Below are positions 9,902-17,670 of a stretch of DNA of 64,000 nucleotides, in pieces. Position 1 is the stretch's first letter; every line of letters begins with the position of its first letter. Made by a program: the position numbers and the translations under genes. Origin of the DNA: an uncultured Gammaproteobacteria bacterium (GTDB lineage Bacteria > Patescibacteriota > Patescibacteriia > S139-126); contig CAZBLW010000002.1 in the NCBI GenBank assembly GCA_964493305.1, positions 76,677 through 140,676 of the forward strand, written 5' to 3'. The notes below the pieces were generated by a model that did not search any database, had not been told where the DNA came from, and saw only the letters and a program-made list of their open reading frames with translations.

Positions 9902-9950
9902 GAAATAAATTATTAATTACTAATGAATTTTTAATTCTAGATTCTTCACC

Positions 9951-9998
9951 CTGTTAAATTGCTACGCACCGCCTGAGGCGGATTTAACAGGGTCAATT
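9951..9998 (-). promoter_or_regulatory. Long hairpin in the cbiM 5' region / downstream of tRNA-Arg
   Basis: ccctgttaaat...(cgcc tga ggcg)...atttaacaggg: an 11-bp perfect outer stem with an inner GC stem. No U-run on the minus strand. Confidence 0.35.
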
Positions 9999-10007
9999 CT
10001 AATTATC

Positions 10008-10082
10008 TGGTACCCCCGAGAGGAATCGAACCTCTATATCCAGCTTAGAAGGCTGGTGTTCTATCCGTTGAACTACAGGGGC
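10008..10082 (-). tRNA. tRNA-Arg (anticodon TCT)
   Basis: Reverse complement GCCCCTGTAGTTCAACGGATAGAACACCAGCCTTCTAAGCTGGATATAGAGGTTCGATTCCTCTCGGGGGTACCA. Anticodon loop CTTCTAA, T-loop TTCGATT, CCA encoded. Confidence 0.75.
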
Positions 10083-10182
10083 AGGTTATTATAATTATTA
10101 TTTTTTTAAAGCTTAGTCCCGCCACCAGGGCGGGATGCTCAATTTTGTATCTCCTCGCTTTGACTCGGAGACAAAATTGGCA

Positions 10183-10216
10183 AAGGCTGGTGTTCTATCC
10201 GTTGAACTACAGGGGC
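10183..10216 (-). repeat. Exact 34-nt duplicate of the 5' half (nt 1-34) of tRNA-Arg(TCT)
   Basis: aaggctggtgttctatccgttgaactacaggggc is identical to 10049-10082. The copy ends inside the anticodon loop. Confidence 0.8.
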
Positions 10217-10221
10217 TAAAC

Positions 10222-10342
10222 CTTATAAAAATATCTAAAAAATTGAGAAAGGTCAAGATAAATAATTATAAATTTTCAATTATAAATTATAAATGGACTA
10301 ATCTTGTGTTTATAATTTACAATTTATAATTTAAAATTAATT
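10222..10342. repeat. AT-rich direct and inverted repeats 'ataaattataaat' adjacent to the recombinase gene (possible arm-type sites)
   Basis: aattataaattttcaattataaattataaatgg and tttataatttacaatttataattt are reiterated between the tRNA fragment and the recombinase stop. Confidence 0.4.
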
Positions 10343-11317
10343 TTACTTTTTCTTATGGTGAAAATTTTTGTGAATTTCTTTGAGTTGACGATTGGTAATG
10401 TGCGTATAAATTTGGGTAGTGGTGATGGAAGCATGTCCGAGCATAGCTTGGACCGATCTGATATCAGCCCCGTTTTGCAAAAGGTCCGTGGCAAAAGAAT
10501 GACGCATAGTGTGAGGAGTGACCTTTTTGGTGATGCCGGCAGCTTTACTATAAAACTTAATCAATCTTTCTACGCTTCTTGGTGTCAGGGCGTGAACCAC
10601 TTTATCATCCTTTTTCAATCTTTTTGTTTTGGCTCGATCATGTCCGACAAAAAGTGATGGATCCAGATCTTGTCTTTTTTCCAAATAAGCTCGCAAGGTT
10701 GTTTTAGCTTTGTCAGACAAAAATACTAAACGATTTTTTCCACCCTTACCCGTGACTGTAAATTCATCTTTTTTTAAATTGACCTGTTCTCTGGTCAAAG
10801 AGGTCAATTCAGAGACACGTAAACCAGTAGAAAAAAGCATTTCCAAAATCGCTTGATCGCGTAATTTAATAATCTCTCTTTGGGTTGTGGTATGAGGGGA
10901 GTTTAGTAATCTTTCCAAGTCATCATTTTCCAAAAAATCTACTTCTCTTTCTGGTTGTTTAGCCAATTCTATCTTTTCTGCCGCCAAAGTTTTGACATCT
11001 TGCTTGGCTAGATATTTTAAAAATGAACGCAAGGCAATAAGGTGATAATTTTGGGTAGATTTTTTCAAAGCTTTGCCCCGTTGGTCGGTTTGTCGGTTTA
11101 GCCAGAGACGAAATTGTTTTATTTTCGGCAAGGAAATATCAGTTGGTTTAAGATTTTTTTTATTCAACCAAGAAAAAAATCTTAGTAAGTAAAAACTATA
11201 GTTTCGTACTGTGCGCAACGACCTACCTTTTTCAATTTCCAAGTAATTCAAAAAATCATTGGCCCAGCGACCCAAAGAACCAAAATTGTCCAATTTTTTA
11301 CTGGTGTTATCTGACAT
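10343..11317 (-). CDS. Tyrosine recombinase (XerC/XerD/phage-integrase family)
   Basis: 324 aa. N-terminal SAM-like core-binding region. C-terminal HTMRHSFATDLLQNGADIRSVQAMLGHASITTTQIYTHI carries the R..H.R.Y catalytic signature. Confidence 0.8.
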   Translation of the reverse strand: MSDNTSKKLDNFGSLGRWANDFLNYLEIEKGRSLRTVRNYSFYLLRFFSWLNKKNLKPTDISLPKIKQFRLWLNRQTDQRGKALKKSTQNYHLIALRSFLKYLAKQDVKTLAAEKIELAKQPEREVDFLENDDLERLLNSPHTTTQREIIKLRDQAILEMLFSTGLRVSELTSLTREQVNLKKDEFTVTGKGGKNRLVFLSDKAKTTLRAYLEKRQDLDPSLFVGHDRAKTKRLKKDDKVVHALTPRSVERLIKFYSKAAGITKKVTPHTMRHSFATDLLQNGADIRSVQAMLGHASITTTQIYTHITNRQLKEIHKNFHHKKK

Positions 11318-11570
11318 AGAGTAAATTTATTTTACGACACCAAAATAAATAATGCAAATTTTTTATAATTTAGAATAAAGAATTATGAATAAAGAATTAA
11401 AAATTATTAATTGATTAGTAATTATCTTGATGCTTGTCAAAATATTATATTTGTGTTAGAGTAAGCCTGCCTTATTGATTTAAATAGGGCATATTAATTA
11501 ATATTAAATTACGATTTTCTTGGTTGTGGGAGCTTGCTCCCCTTACTATGAAAATCGCGAAAGGATTTAT

Positions 11571-11930
11571 ATGTTAGATAAAAAGAAAAAAGAGGATATT
11601 ATCAAAAAATATCGCACCCACAAAAGTGATACTGGTTCCAGTGAAGTCCAGATTGCTATTTTAACAGCAGAAATTGAAGATTTGACTAAGCATTTAAAAA
11701 AACACAAGAAAGACCATTCTTCGCGCCGGGGTTTAATTAAAAAAGTCATTCAAAGAAAAAGACTGCTTAGATATTTAGAAAAAGAAAATCAAGATAGTTT
11801 CAATAAGTTGTGTAAAAAATTGGGCATCAAAATGACCCCGCTGACTACTCCCGAAGAAGAAGAGGATTTTATCAGAGCGGAAAGTGAGGAAGAAGAAGTA
11901 GAAGAAGTAGGTCCCTCTGACGAAGAATAA
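11571..11930 (+). CDS. rpsO: 30S ribosomal protein S15 with an acidic C-terminal extension
   Basis: MLDKKKKEDIIKKYRTHKSDTGSSEVQIAILTAEIEDLTKHLKKHKKDHSSRRGL... matches S15. The likely start is the ATG at 11571 (RBS aaagga). An Asp/Glu-rich tail of about 35 aa follows. The track ORF from 11520 is an upstream overcall. Confidence 0.8.
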   Translation: MLDKKKKEDIIKKYRTHKSDTGSSEVQIAILTAEIEDLTKHLKKHKKDHSSRRGLIKKVIQRKRLLRYLEKENQDSFNKLCKKLGIKMTPLTTPEEEEDFIRAESEEEEVEEVGPSDEE

Positions 11931-11944
11931 ATATTGAAACATTT

Positions 11945-12454
11945 ATGATGACAAGCAAAGAGCAAAGAGTGGCGGTACTGGTTGATGTGGCCAATATGTA
12001 TCACTCGGCCAAGAGTTTATATAACAGCCGAGTGAATTTTCAAGAAATTTTGAAAGTAGCTGTGGCTGATCGAAAATTGGTCAGAGCTATAGCTTATGTT
12101 GTTCAATCTTACAGTTCTGAAGAAAAAGGTTTTTTTGAAGCCTTGGATAAACAAGGTTTTGCTATCAAAATCAAAGATTTGCAAGTTTTTCCTGGTGGAA
12201 TGAAAAAAGGTGATTGGGATGTAGGTTTGACGATTGATGCTGTCAAACTTTCTCCTCGAGTAGATGTGATTGTACTGGTGACTGGTGATGGTGATTATGA
12301 GCCCTTGATAGAATATTTACAAAATCAGGGTGTGCAAGTTGAGGTGGTGGCATTTGCTAAAAGTTGTTCCCAACGTTTGATTGATCGGGCTGATAATTTT
12401 TTTGATATTTCTTTTCAGAATAAAAAATATCTTATTCCCAGAAAAAAGAAATAA
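11945..12454 (+). CDS. NYN-domain protein (LabA/YacP-like putative RNase)
   Basis: VAVLVDVANMY...VVLVTGDGDYEPLIEYLQNQGVQVEVVAF is typical of the NYN/LabA fold. Confidence 0.6.
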   Translation: MMTSKEQRVAVLVDVANMYHSAKSLYNSRVNFQEILKVAVADRKLVRAIAYVVQSYSSEEKGFFEALDKQGFAIKIKDLQVFPGGMKKGDWDVGLTIDAVKLSPRVDVIVLVTGDGDYEPLIEYLQNQGVQVEVVAFAKSCSQRLIDRADNFFDISFQNKKYLIPRKKK

Positions 12455-12596
12455 TTTAACAAATAATAAAACAAAATTTTTGGGTTTTAGGTGAGGCATG
12501 TTATTTGAAGTATTGTGGAAATTTTTATTTTCAGAATAGTTCAAATAACTCAAAGTCCGACCTAAAATTTATTGATTTTGTGGAAAGGTAATTTTT

Positions 12597-14801
12597 ATGT
12601 ATCAATCTTTTGATACTGAATGGGCCGGTCGTAAACTTCAAGTCGAAGTAGGTAAATTGGCCGGACAAGCTCACGGCGCCTGTACTGTTAGGTACGGTGA
12701 TACTGTAGTTTTAGCTACGGTAGTGCGTGGTGCTCAACCGCGTGAAGGCGTGGATTATTTTCCTTTGATGGTTGATTATGAAGAAAAAATGTACGCCGCT
12801 GGCAAGATTAAAGGTTCACGTTTTATTAAACGAGAAGGACGCGCTTCCGATGAGGCTATTCTTACTGCTCGTTTAATTGATCGATCAGTCAGGCCTTTAT
12901 TTAAAGAAACCGAAAGAAAAGACGTTCAGGTAGTTTTGACTGTATTGTCAGTCGACAATGAAAACGATCCTGACGTACCTTCATTGATGGCGGCCTCAAT
13001 TGCTTTACATATTTCCAGTGTACCTTGGGGTGGTCCCATATCTGCTGTCCGAGTGGGTAGAATCAATAACGAATGGGTATTGAATCCGACTTATCAAGCA
13101 CGAGAAAAATCTGATTTAGATTTGGTATTAGTGGGTACTGCTGATGAAGCAGTTATGATTGAAGCTGGTGCCAAACAAATCAGCGAAGCTGATATGATTG
13201 AAGCTTTGGAATTTGGTCACAAACATCTAAAAAAAGTTTTTCCTTTTCTAAATGAGGTTAGGCAGGCAGTTGGTATACCAAAAGATGAGGAACCAACTTT
13301 GAGTGCTGAAGCTAAAAGTGAAGCTGAAGTGATTGACAAAAAATTAAAAGAATTTTTTGGTCAAGTAAAAATTAGTGATTTATTTCCTTATCAGTCCAAG
13401 AGTGAATACAAACAAAAAATTGTTGCTTGGGAAGAAAAATTAAACGATCTCTTAAAAGCTGACAATGAAGTTAGCAAAGAAATGCGTGGTAAGGCACTAG
13501 CAAAATTTTCTTTATATTTGGAAGAAGCGGCCAGAGATTTTGTTTTACGCACCAATCAGCGGGTTGATGGAAGAGCTTTGGATGAGATTAGGCCATTGCA
13601 AGTAGAAGTTGGGTTGTTACCCCGTACTCATGGTAGTGGTTTATTTACTCGCGGTGAGACTCAGGTTTTGTCAGTAGTAACTCTGGGAGCGCCAGGAGAT
13701 GAACAATTGCTTGATACCATGGAGGTTGAGGGAAAAAAACGTTATATGCATCATTATAATTTTCCTCCGTTTAGTGTAGGCGAAGTCTCTCCAATGCGTG
13801 GTCCGGGTAGACGGGAAATTGGTCACGGAGCACTGGCTGAGAAGGCCTTAGAACCAGTTATTCCTGCCAAAGAAGTATTTCCCTATACTATCAGGGTGGT
13901 ATCTGAAGTTTTGTCTTCCAACGGCTCCTCTTCGCAAGCCTCTGCCTGCGGTTCAACCCTAGCTTTGATGGATGCCGGTGTGCCGATTATTGCTCCAGTA
14001 GCCGGGGTAGCTATAGGTATGATGTCCAATTCCCAAGATAAAAATGATTATCGTATTTTAACTGATATTCAAGGTGTAGAAGATCATGCTGGTGATATGG
14101 ATTTTAAAGTAGCAGGTTCTAGTCAGGGTATTACGGCAATCCAAGTAGATATTAAATTGGGTGGAATTAGTTATCAGGTTTGTCGCGATGCTATTGCCGC
14201 TGCCAAGATAGCCAGAGAAAAAATATTACAAGCTATGTTAGCGGTATTGCCAACTGTTAGGGCGGAGTTATCACCTTATGCCCCTCGGATTGAGACTATT
14301 AGAATTAGTGTTGATAAGATCAGAGAAGTAATTGGCACCGGTGGAAAAGTGATCAATGAAATAATAGATAAAACTGGAACTACTATTGATATTGAACAAG
14401 ACGGCACCGTGATGGTAACTGGTACTGATCCAGTTCAAGTTAAAAAAGCAGTGGAATGGATAAACAATATTGTGCGTGAGGTAGAGGTAGGGGAAGTTTT
14501 CGAAGGCACGGTTACTAGGTTGATGGATTTTGGTGCTTTTGTACAAATTTTACCTGGCAAAGAAGGTATGGTTCATATTAGTGAATTAGAATGGCACCGA
14601 GTCAATACAGTTGAAGATGTTTTGCACGTCGGTGATCCAGTACAGGTCAAAGTTATTGAAATTGATGATTTGGGTAGAATAAATCTTTCCCGTAAAGCGT
14701 TATTGCCAAAACCAGAAGGTTTTGTTGAACAACCACCACGCTCCTATCGTCCCAGCCGGCCACCGCAACGCAACCATCATCGCGATAATAGACGACACTA
14801 A
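12597..14801 (+). CDS. pnp: Polyribonucleotide nucleotidyltransferase (PNPase)
   Basis: 734 aa with two RNase PH-like domains, then KH (GGKVINEI) and S1 domains. A basic Pro/Arg-rich C-terminal tail follows. Conserved rpsO-pnp gene order. Confidence 0.9.
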   Translation: MYQSFDTEWAGRKLQVEVGKLAGQAHGACTVRYGDTVVLATVVRGAQPREGVDYFPLMVDYEEKMYAAGKIKGSRFIKREGRASDEAILTARLIDRSVRPLFKETERKDVQVVLTVLSVDNENDPDVPSLMAASIALHISSVPWGGPISAVRVGRINNEWVLNPTYQAREKSDLDLVLVGTADEAVMIEAGAKQISEADMIEALEFGHKHLKKVFPFLNEVRQAVGIPKDEEPTLSAEAKSEAEVIDKKLKEFFGQVKISDLFPYQSKSEYKQKIVAWEEKLNDLLKADNEVSKEMRGKALAKFSLYLEEAARDFVLRTNQRVDGRALDEIRPLQVEVGLLPRTHGSGLFTRGETQVLSVVTLGAPGDEQLLDTMEVEGKKRYMHHYNFPPFSVGEVSPMRGPGRREIGHGALAEKALEPVIPAKEVFPYTIRVVSEVLSSNGSSSQASACGSTLALMDAGVPIIAPVAGVAIGMMSNSQDKNDYRILTDIQGVEDHAGDMDFKVAGSSQGITAIQVDIKLGGISYQVCRDAIAAAKIAREKILQAMLAVLPTVRAELSPYAPRIETIRISVDKIREVIGTGGKVINEIIDKTGTTIDIEQDGTVMVTGTDPVQVKKAVEWINNIVREVEVGEVFEGTVTRLMDFGAFVQILPGKEGMVHISELEWHRVNTVEDVLHVGDPVQVKVIEIDDLGRINLSRKALLPKPEGFVEQPPRSYRPSRPPQRNHHRDNRRH

Positions 14802-14814
14802 AGTCTAGCTAAAT

Positions 14815-14851
14815 AAAAAAACTGCTTATCATACTTTAAGCAGTTTTTTGT
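14815..14851 (+). terminator. Rho-independent terminator after pnp
   Basis: ctgctta ... taagcag stem followed by TTTTTTG. Confidence 0.55.
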
Positions 14852-14863
14852 TATAATTAAATT

Positions 14864-16204
14864 ATGTTAAATAATTTTTTATCTTCCCTAAAATATAAAC
14901 ACTATTTATTTGCTTTATTGATTGGATTGATTATTGTCTTTGGTATGTTTTCAGTTATTTACGAAGAATTGACTTTTAGCTCAGACAATATCAGTAGTGT
15001 CTTAAAAACCAGCCAAGTTGGTTTATATCTGCATTTTCCGCGATCAAGCAAAGCCGAGCCAAGTTGGACTTTGCTACCTAGTGAAGTAAAAAATAGCTTA
15101 ACTACCCTAGTTCCAGATTTTTTTCGCGAGCAAAACGTAATTGAAGGATTAAATCCCACCGAGTATGCCTATGTAACATTTACTGACAACCAAACTGTGG
15201 AACCAGCTTGGTTAATAGTTTGGTCACAACCGATACTGCCGTTACTACCCGACAATTTGACTGCCGCCACCAGCGGAAATTTGTTGGTTATTAGTCAGCA
15301 AGCAGAACAAATTAAAACAAAATATTTAACCAACAATTCGTTGGGAGAAACTTTGGCTGATAAAATTTGGAGTGGTTTATCTCGACCAGCCAATGCACCC
15401 TATCTTTATGTTGATTTTTCTCGCTGGCCGGCAACTTGGCCTTCAGTTGGTTTATTGGGTGAGTGGCGTTTGGTGTTAAATGATAGTTTTTTTGAAATTG
15501 TTGAATTAAGTACAAATAATTTTAAAGATTCAGATGAGTCAGACAAGGTTTGGTTGGATACTTTTAGTAGTGAGAATGTATTATTTTATAATTTGTCAGC
15601 TATTGAACTAAAGTGGTTATGGCAACACAATACCCAAGCCCAAGCTAGCTATTTGAATTTAGTTGAATGGCAAGCCATGACGGGTATTGATTTATTTACG
15701 GCATTGTCCAATTTGTCTACTAGTTTTAACTTTGTTCTTAATCCGTCCGGAGATGAGGAAAAGTTGCCGACTTGGTTGCTTAGTTTACCCAATGAGCAAA
15801 AATCTTATGATTTAATAATTAGCAATTTAACTAGCGGTTTAGGTTATTTAAAACCGAAAATAAAAGTTACCACTCTGCCTGACCAGAGTGTTATCAATGA
15901 ATTAGTAGCTGCTGATGAGAAATTGAATTTTCAACAGTATAACTTATCTGGACAAATAGTAAATATAGTTTACTTTACTGAAGAAAATTATGTTTTTTAT
16001 TTACCCTATAATAATCAATTATTGGTAGGAAACAGTTTAAAGTTATTGAATAGACTGATTACAGAATCAAAAGGTGGCAGCAGTTTGGGCGAGTGTTTTA
16101 AAAATCCGGATAAACTATACTCATTTAAGACAAACCCAGGTCAACAATTTAGTATTGGCTATTGGAATAACAAGAAACAGCCAGTTTATCGTCTTTGTTA
16201 TTAG
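14864..16204 (+). CDS. Hypothetical membrane-anchored protein (446 aa)
   Basis: N-terminal TM helix. TATAAT lies 6 nt upstream of the ATG, so the transcript looks leaderless. No recognisable domain. Confidence 0.4.
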   Translation: MLNNFLSSLKYKHYLFALLIGLIIVFGMFSVIYEELTFSSDNISSVLKTSQVGLYLHFPRSSKAEPSWTLLPSEVKNSLTTLVPDFFREQNVIEGLNPTEYAYVTFTDNQTVEPAWLIVWSQPILPLLPDNLTAATSGNLLVISQQAEQIKTKYLTNNSLGETLADKIWSGLSRPANAPYLYVDFSRWPATWPSVGLLGEWRLVLNDSFFEIVELSTNNFKDSDESDKVWLDTFSSENVLFYNLSAIELKWLWQHNTQAQASYLNLVEWQAMTGIDLFTALSNLSTSFNFVLNPSGDEEKLPTWLLSLPNEQKSYDLIISNLTSGLGYLKPKIKVTTLPDQSVINELVAADEKLNFQQYNLSGQIVNIVYFTEENYVFYLPYNNQLLVGNSLKLLNRLITESKGGSSLGECFKNPDKLYSFKTNPGQQFSIGYWNNKKQPVYRLCY

Positions 16205-16350
16205 TAGGGATGTTGATATGTGGATAAGTTGTTAATAAATTTGCTAAATTTGAACAATTAAATTGTTCATTTTTTTTATAAAATAACCATTATTTATCGA
16301 CATATTTTTAAATTTATTTAATATTAGCCAAAATTAATAGTATAAATATA

Positions 16351-16379
16351 TTGACTTTTGCCAAAAATGGTGATATAAT
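16351..16379 (+). promoter_or_regulatory. Near-consensus sigma70 promoter with no downstream ORF
   Basis: TTGACT, 17-nt spacer, TATAAT. It sits in a 636-bp ORF-free gap. Confidence 0.5.
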
Positions 16380-16385
16380 AAAGAT

Positions 16386-16722
16386 ATAAAGTACTTTGCC
16401 AAAAAATTATTCCAAACCAATAATTTTGGAGTAATTTTTTCTCCCTAACCGGATTTTATGATCCGACCATAAGACAAAACAAAAACAAAAATTGAAAAAG
16501 GGACCATTTTCTACAAAAGAAAAGGAAAACCCACCAAGGTTAGGAAGTAAAAGCCTCAAGTCGGAACAGGCGTAAAACTGCCATTTTAAAGAAAATACAA
16601 ATATTTACTTAATAATTTAAGTGAAAATTTGTTCAAGAAATGGCAATAAACGCCGGAGTTACTCAGCCACATAATATTTTTATATATCAAAGGGCGCCGG
16701 TAACCCCGGCGTCTTTTTTATT
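16386..16722 (+). ncRNA. Candidate small noncoding RNA of about 340 nt between the orphan promoter and an intrinsic terminator (identity unknown)
   Basis: No ORF on either strand. It contains several hairpins (cggat..atccg; tgccattt...aaatggca) and six A-rich GGA motifs. It ends with the terminator gcgccgg taacc ccggcg TTTTTT. Confidence 0.35.
16692..16722 (+). terminator. Rho-independent terminator
   Basis: GC-rich stem gcgccgg/ccggcgtc followed by a T6 run. Confidence 0.6.
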
Positions 16723-16840
16723 TAATTTTATTATTATAACATAAAATTTATATTTTGTCAATAATTATTACCTACCTTTCCTGTTTTTTATTTATTAATT
16801 TGCTATAATATAGCTAGGAGAGGTTTTTTTATTTCTATTT

Positions 16841-17203
16841 ATGGACCAAAATTTTTTACAACAAACTAAGGCTAGCTTAGTAAAAGAAAAAGAAAGGCTG
16901 GAAAAAGAGTTATTATCCATCGCCAATAAAAAGGAACAAGTCGAAGATGATTTTGATTCTCGTTATCCCAATTGGGGTGATGATATTGATTCCAATGCCG
17001 CTGAGGTTGATACTTACTCTTCGCGCTTGGGTATAGAAAAAAATTTAGAAAGTTTGTTACAATCAACAACCAAAGCTTTAGATAAAATAAACAATGGCAC
17101 TTACGGCCTTTGTGAACAATGCGGTCAGGAAATTCAACTGGCCAGATTGAAAGCTTATCCGGCCGCCACTTTTTGCATGAAGTGCCAAGCTGATAAATCT
17201 TAG
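16841..17203 (+). CDS. DksA/TraR-family C4 zinc-finger protein
   Basis: C-terminal NGTYGLCEQCGQEIQLARLKAYPAATFCMKCQ is a DksA/TraR C4 zinc finger. Shine-Dalgarno aggagagg. Confidence 0.7.
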   Translation: MDQNFLQQTKASLVKEKERLEKELLSIANKKEQVEDDFDSRYPNWGDDIDSNAAEVDTYSSRLGIEKNLESLLQSTTKALDKINNGTYGLCEQCGQEIQLARLKAYPAATFCMKCQADKS

Positions 17204-17219
17204 ATTTTTTTTAAATATA

Positions 17220-17666
17220 ATGAGGAGAAACAAAATAAACCAAGTGATTTTTTTTATCTTTGGTTTGTTTTTTTTAGATCGATTGATCAAACAGTTGATT
17301 TTTAGAAATTCTGAGCAGATATTTTTTTCTTATCCTTGGTTTAGTGTACAGTTTTGGCAAAATAAAAATTTTCTGTTTGGTTTAGTACCCAATCACAGTT
17401 GGTGGTTGGGTTTATTGTTGTTGATTTGGTTGAGCCTTTTTGTTTTAGGCTGGTATTGGTGGCGACAGCAGAAATTTTTTCTGGTTGGGTGGATTGGTTT
17501 GGTAATTGTCGGCGGTTTTAGTAATTTATGGGATAGATTTTTTTATCAAGGAGTGATTGATTATTTAGTGATTGGCCAGTGGCCGGTTTTCAATTTAGCC
17601 GATGTTTATATAGTTATTGGGGCAGCAGTCTTATTTTATTTTCATCTGATTAAAGCTAATAAGTAG
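17220..17666 (+). CDS. lspA: Lipoprotein signal peptidase (signal peptidase II)
   Basis: Four TM segments. Conserved NLWDRFF...VIDYL...FNLAD motifs. Confidence 0.7.
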   Translation: MRRNKINQVIFFIFGLFFLDRLIKQLIFRNSEQIFFSYPWFSVQFWQNKNFLFGLVPNHSWWLGLLLLIWLSLFVLGWYWWRQQKFFLVGWIGLVIVGGFSNLWDRFFYQGVIDYLVIGQWPVFNLADVYIVIGAAVLFYFHLIKANK

Positions 17667-17670
17667 TCTC

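Noticed and set aside
9902-10007. Cobalamin or NiCo riboswitch upstream of cbiM
   Set aside because: There is a strong hairpin, but no B12 box (GCCACUG) or czcD-type conserved core. The element may simply be a tRNA-proximal structure.
10135-10657. ORFs 10135-10329(+) and 10355-10657(+)
   Set aside because: The first spans the tRNA-fragment duplicate and AT-rich repeats. The second lies antisense inside the recombinase gene. Neither has a plausible start or RBS.
11567-12553. Small minus-strand ORFs overlapping rpsO and the NYN gene (11567-11749, 11789-12004, 12317-12553)
   Set aside because: They lie antisense to conserved genes with low-complexity Ser-rich translations. They are spurious.
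14271-14546. ORF 14271-14546(-) inside pnp, plus similar antisense ORFs inside leuS, the giant gene and the 56920 gene
   Set aside because: They lie antisense within long conserved CDSs. They have no independent support.
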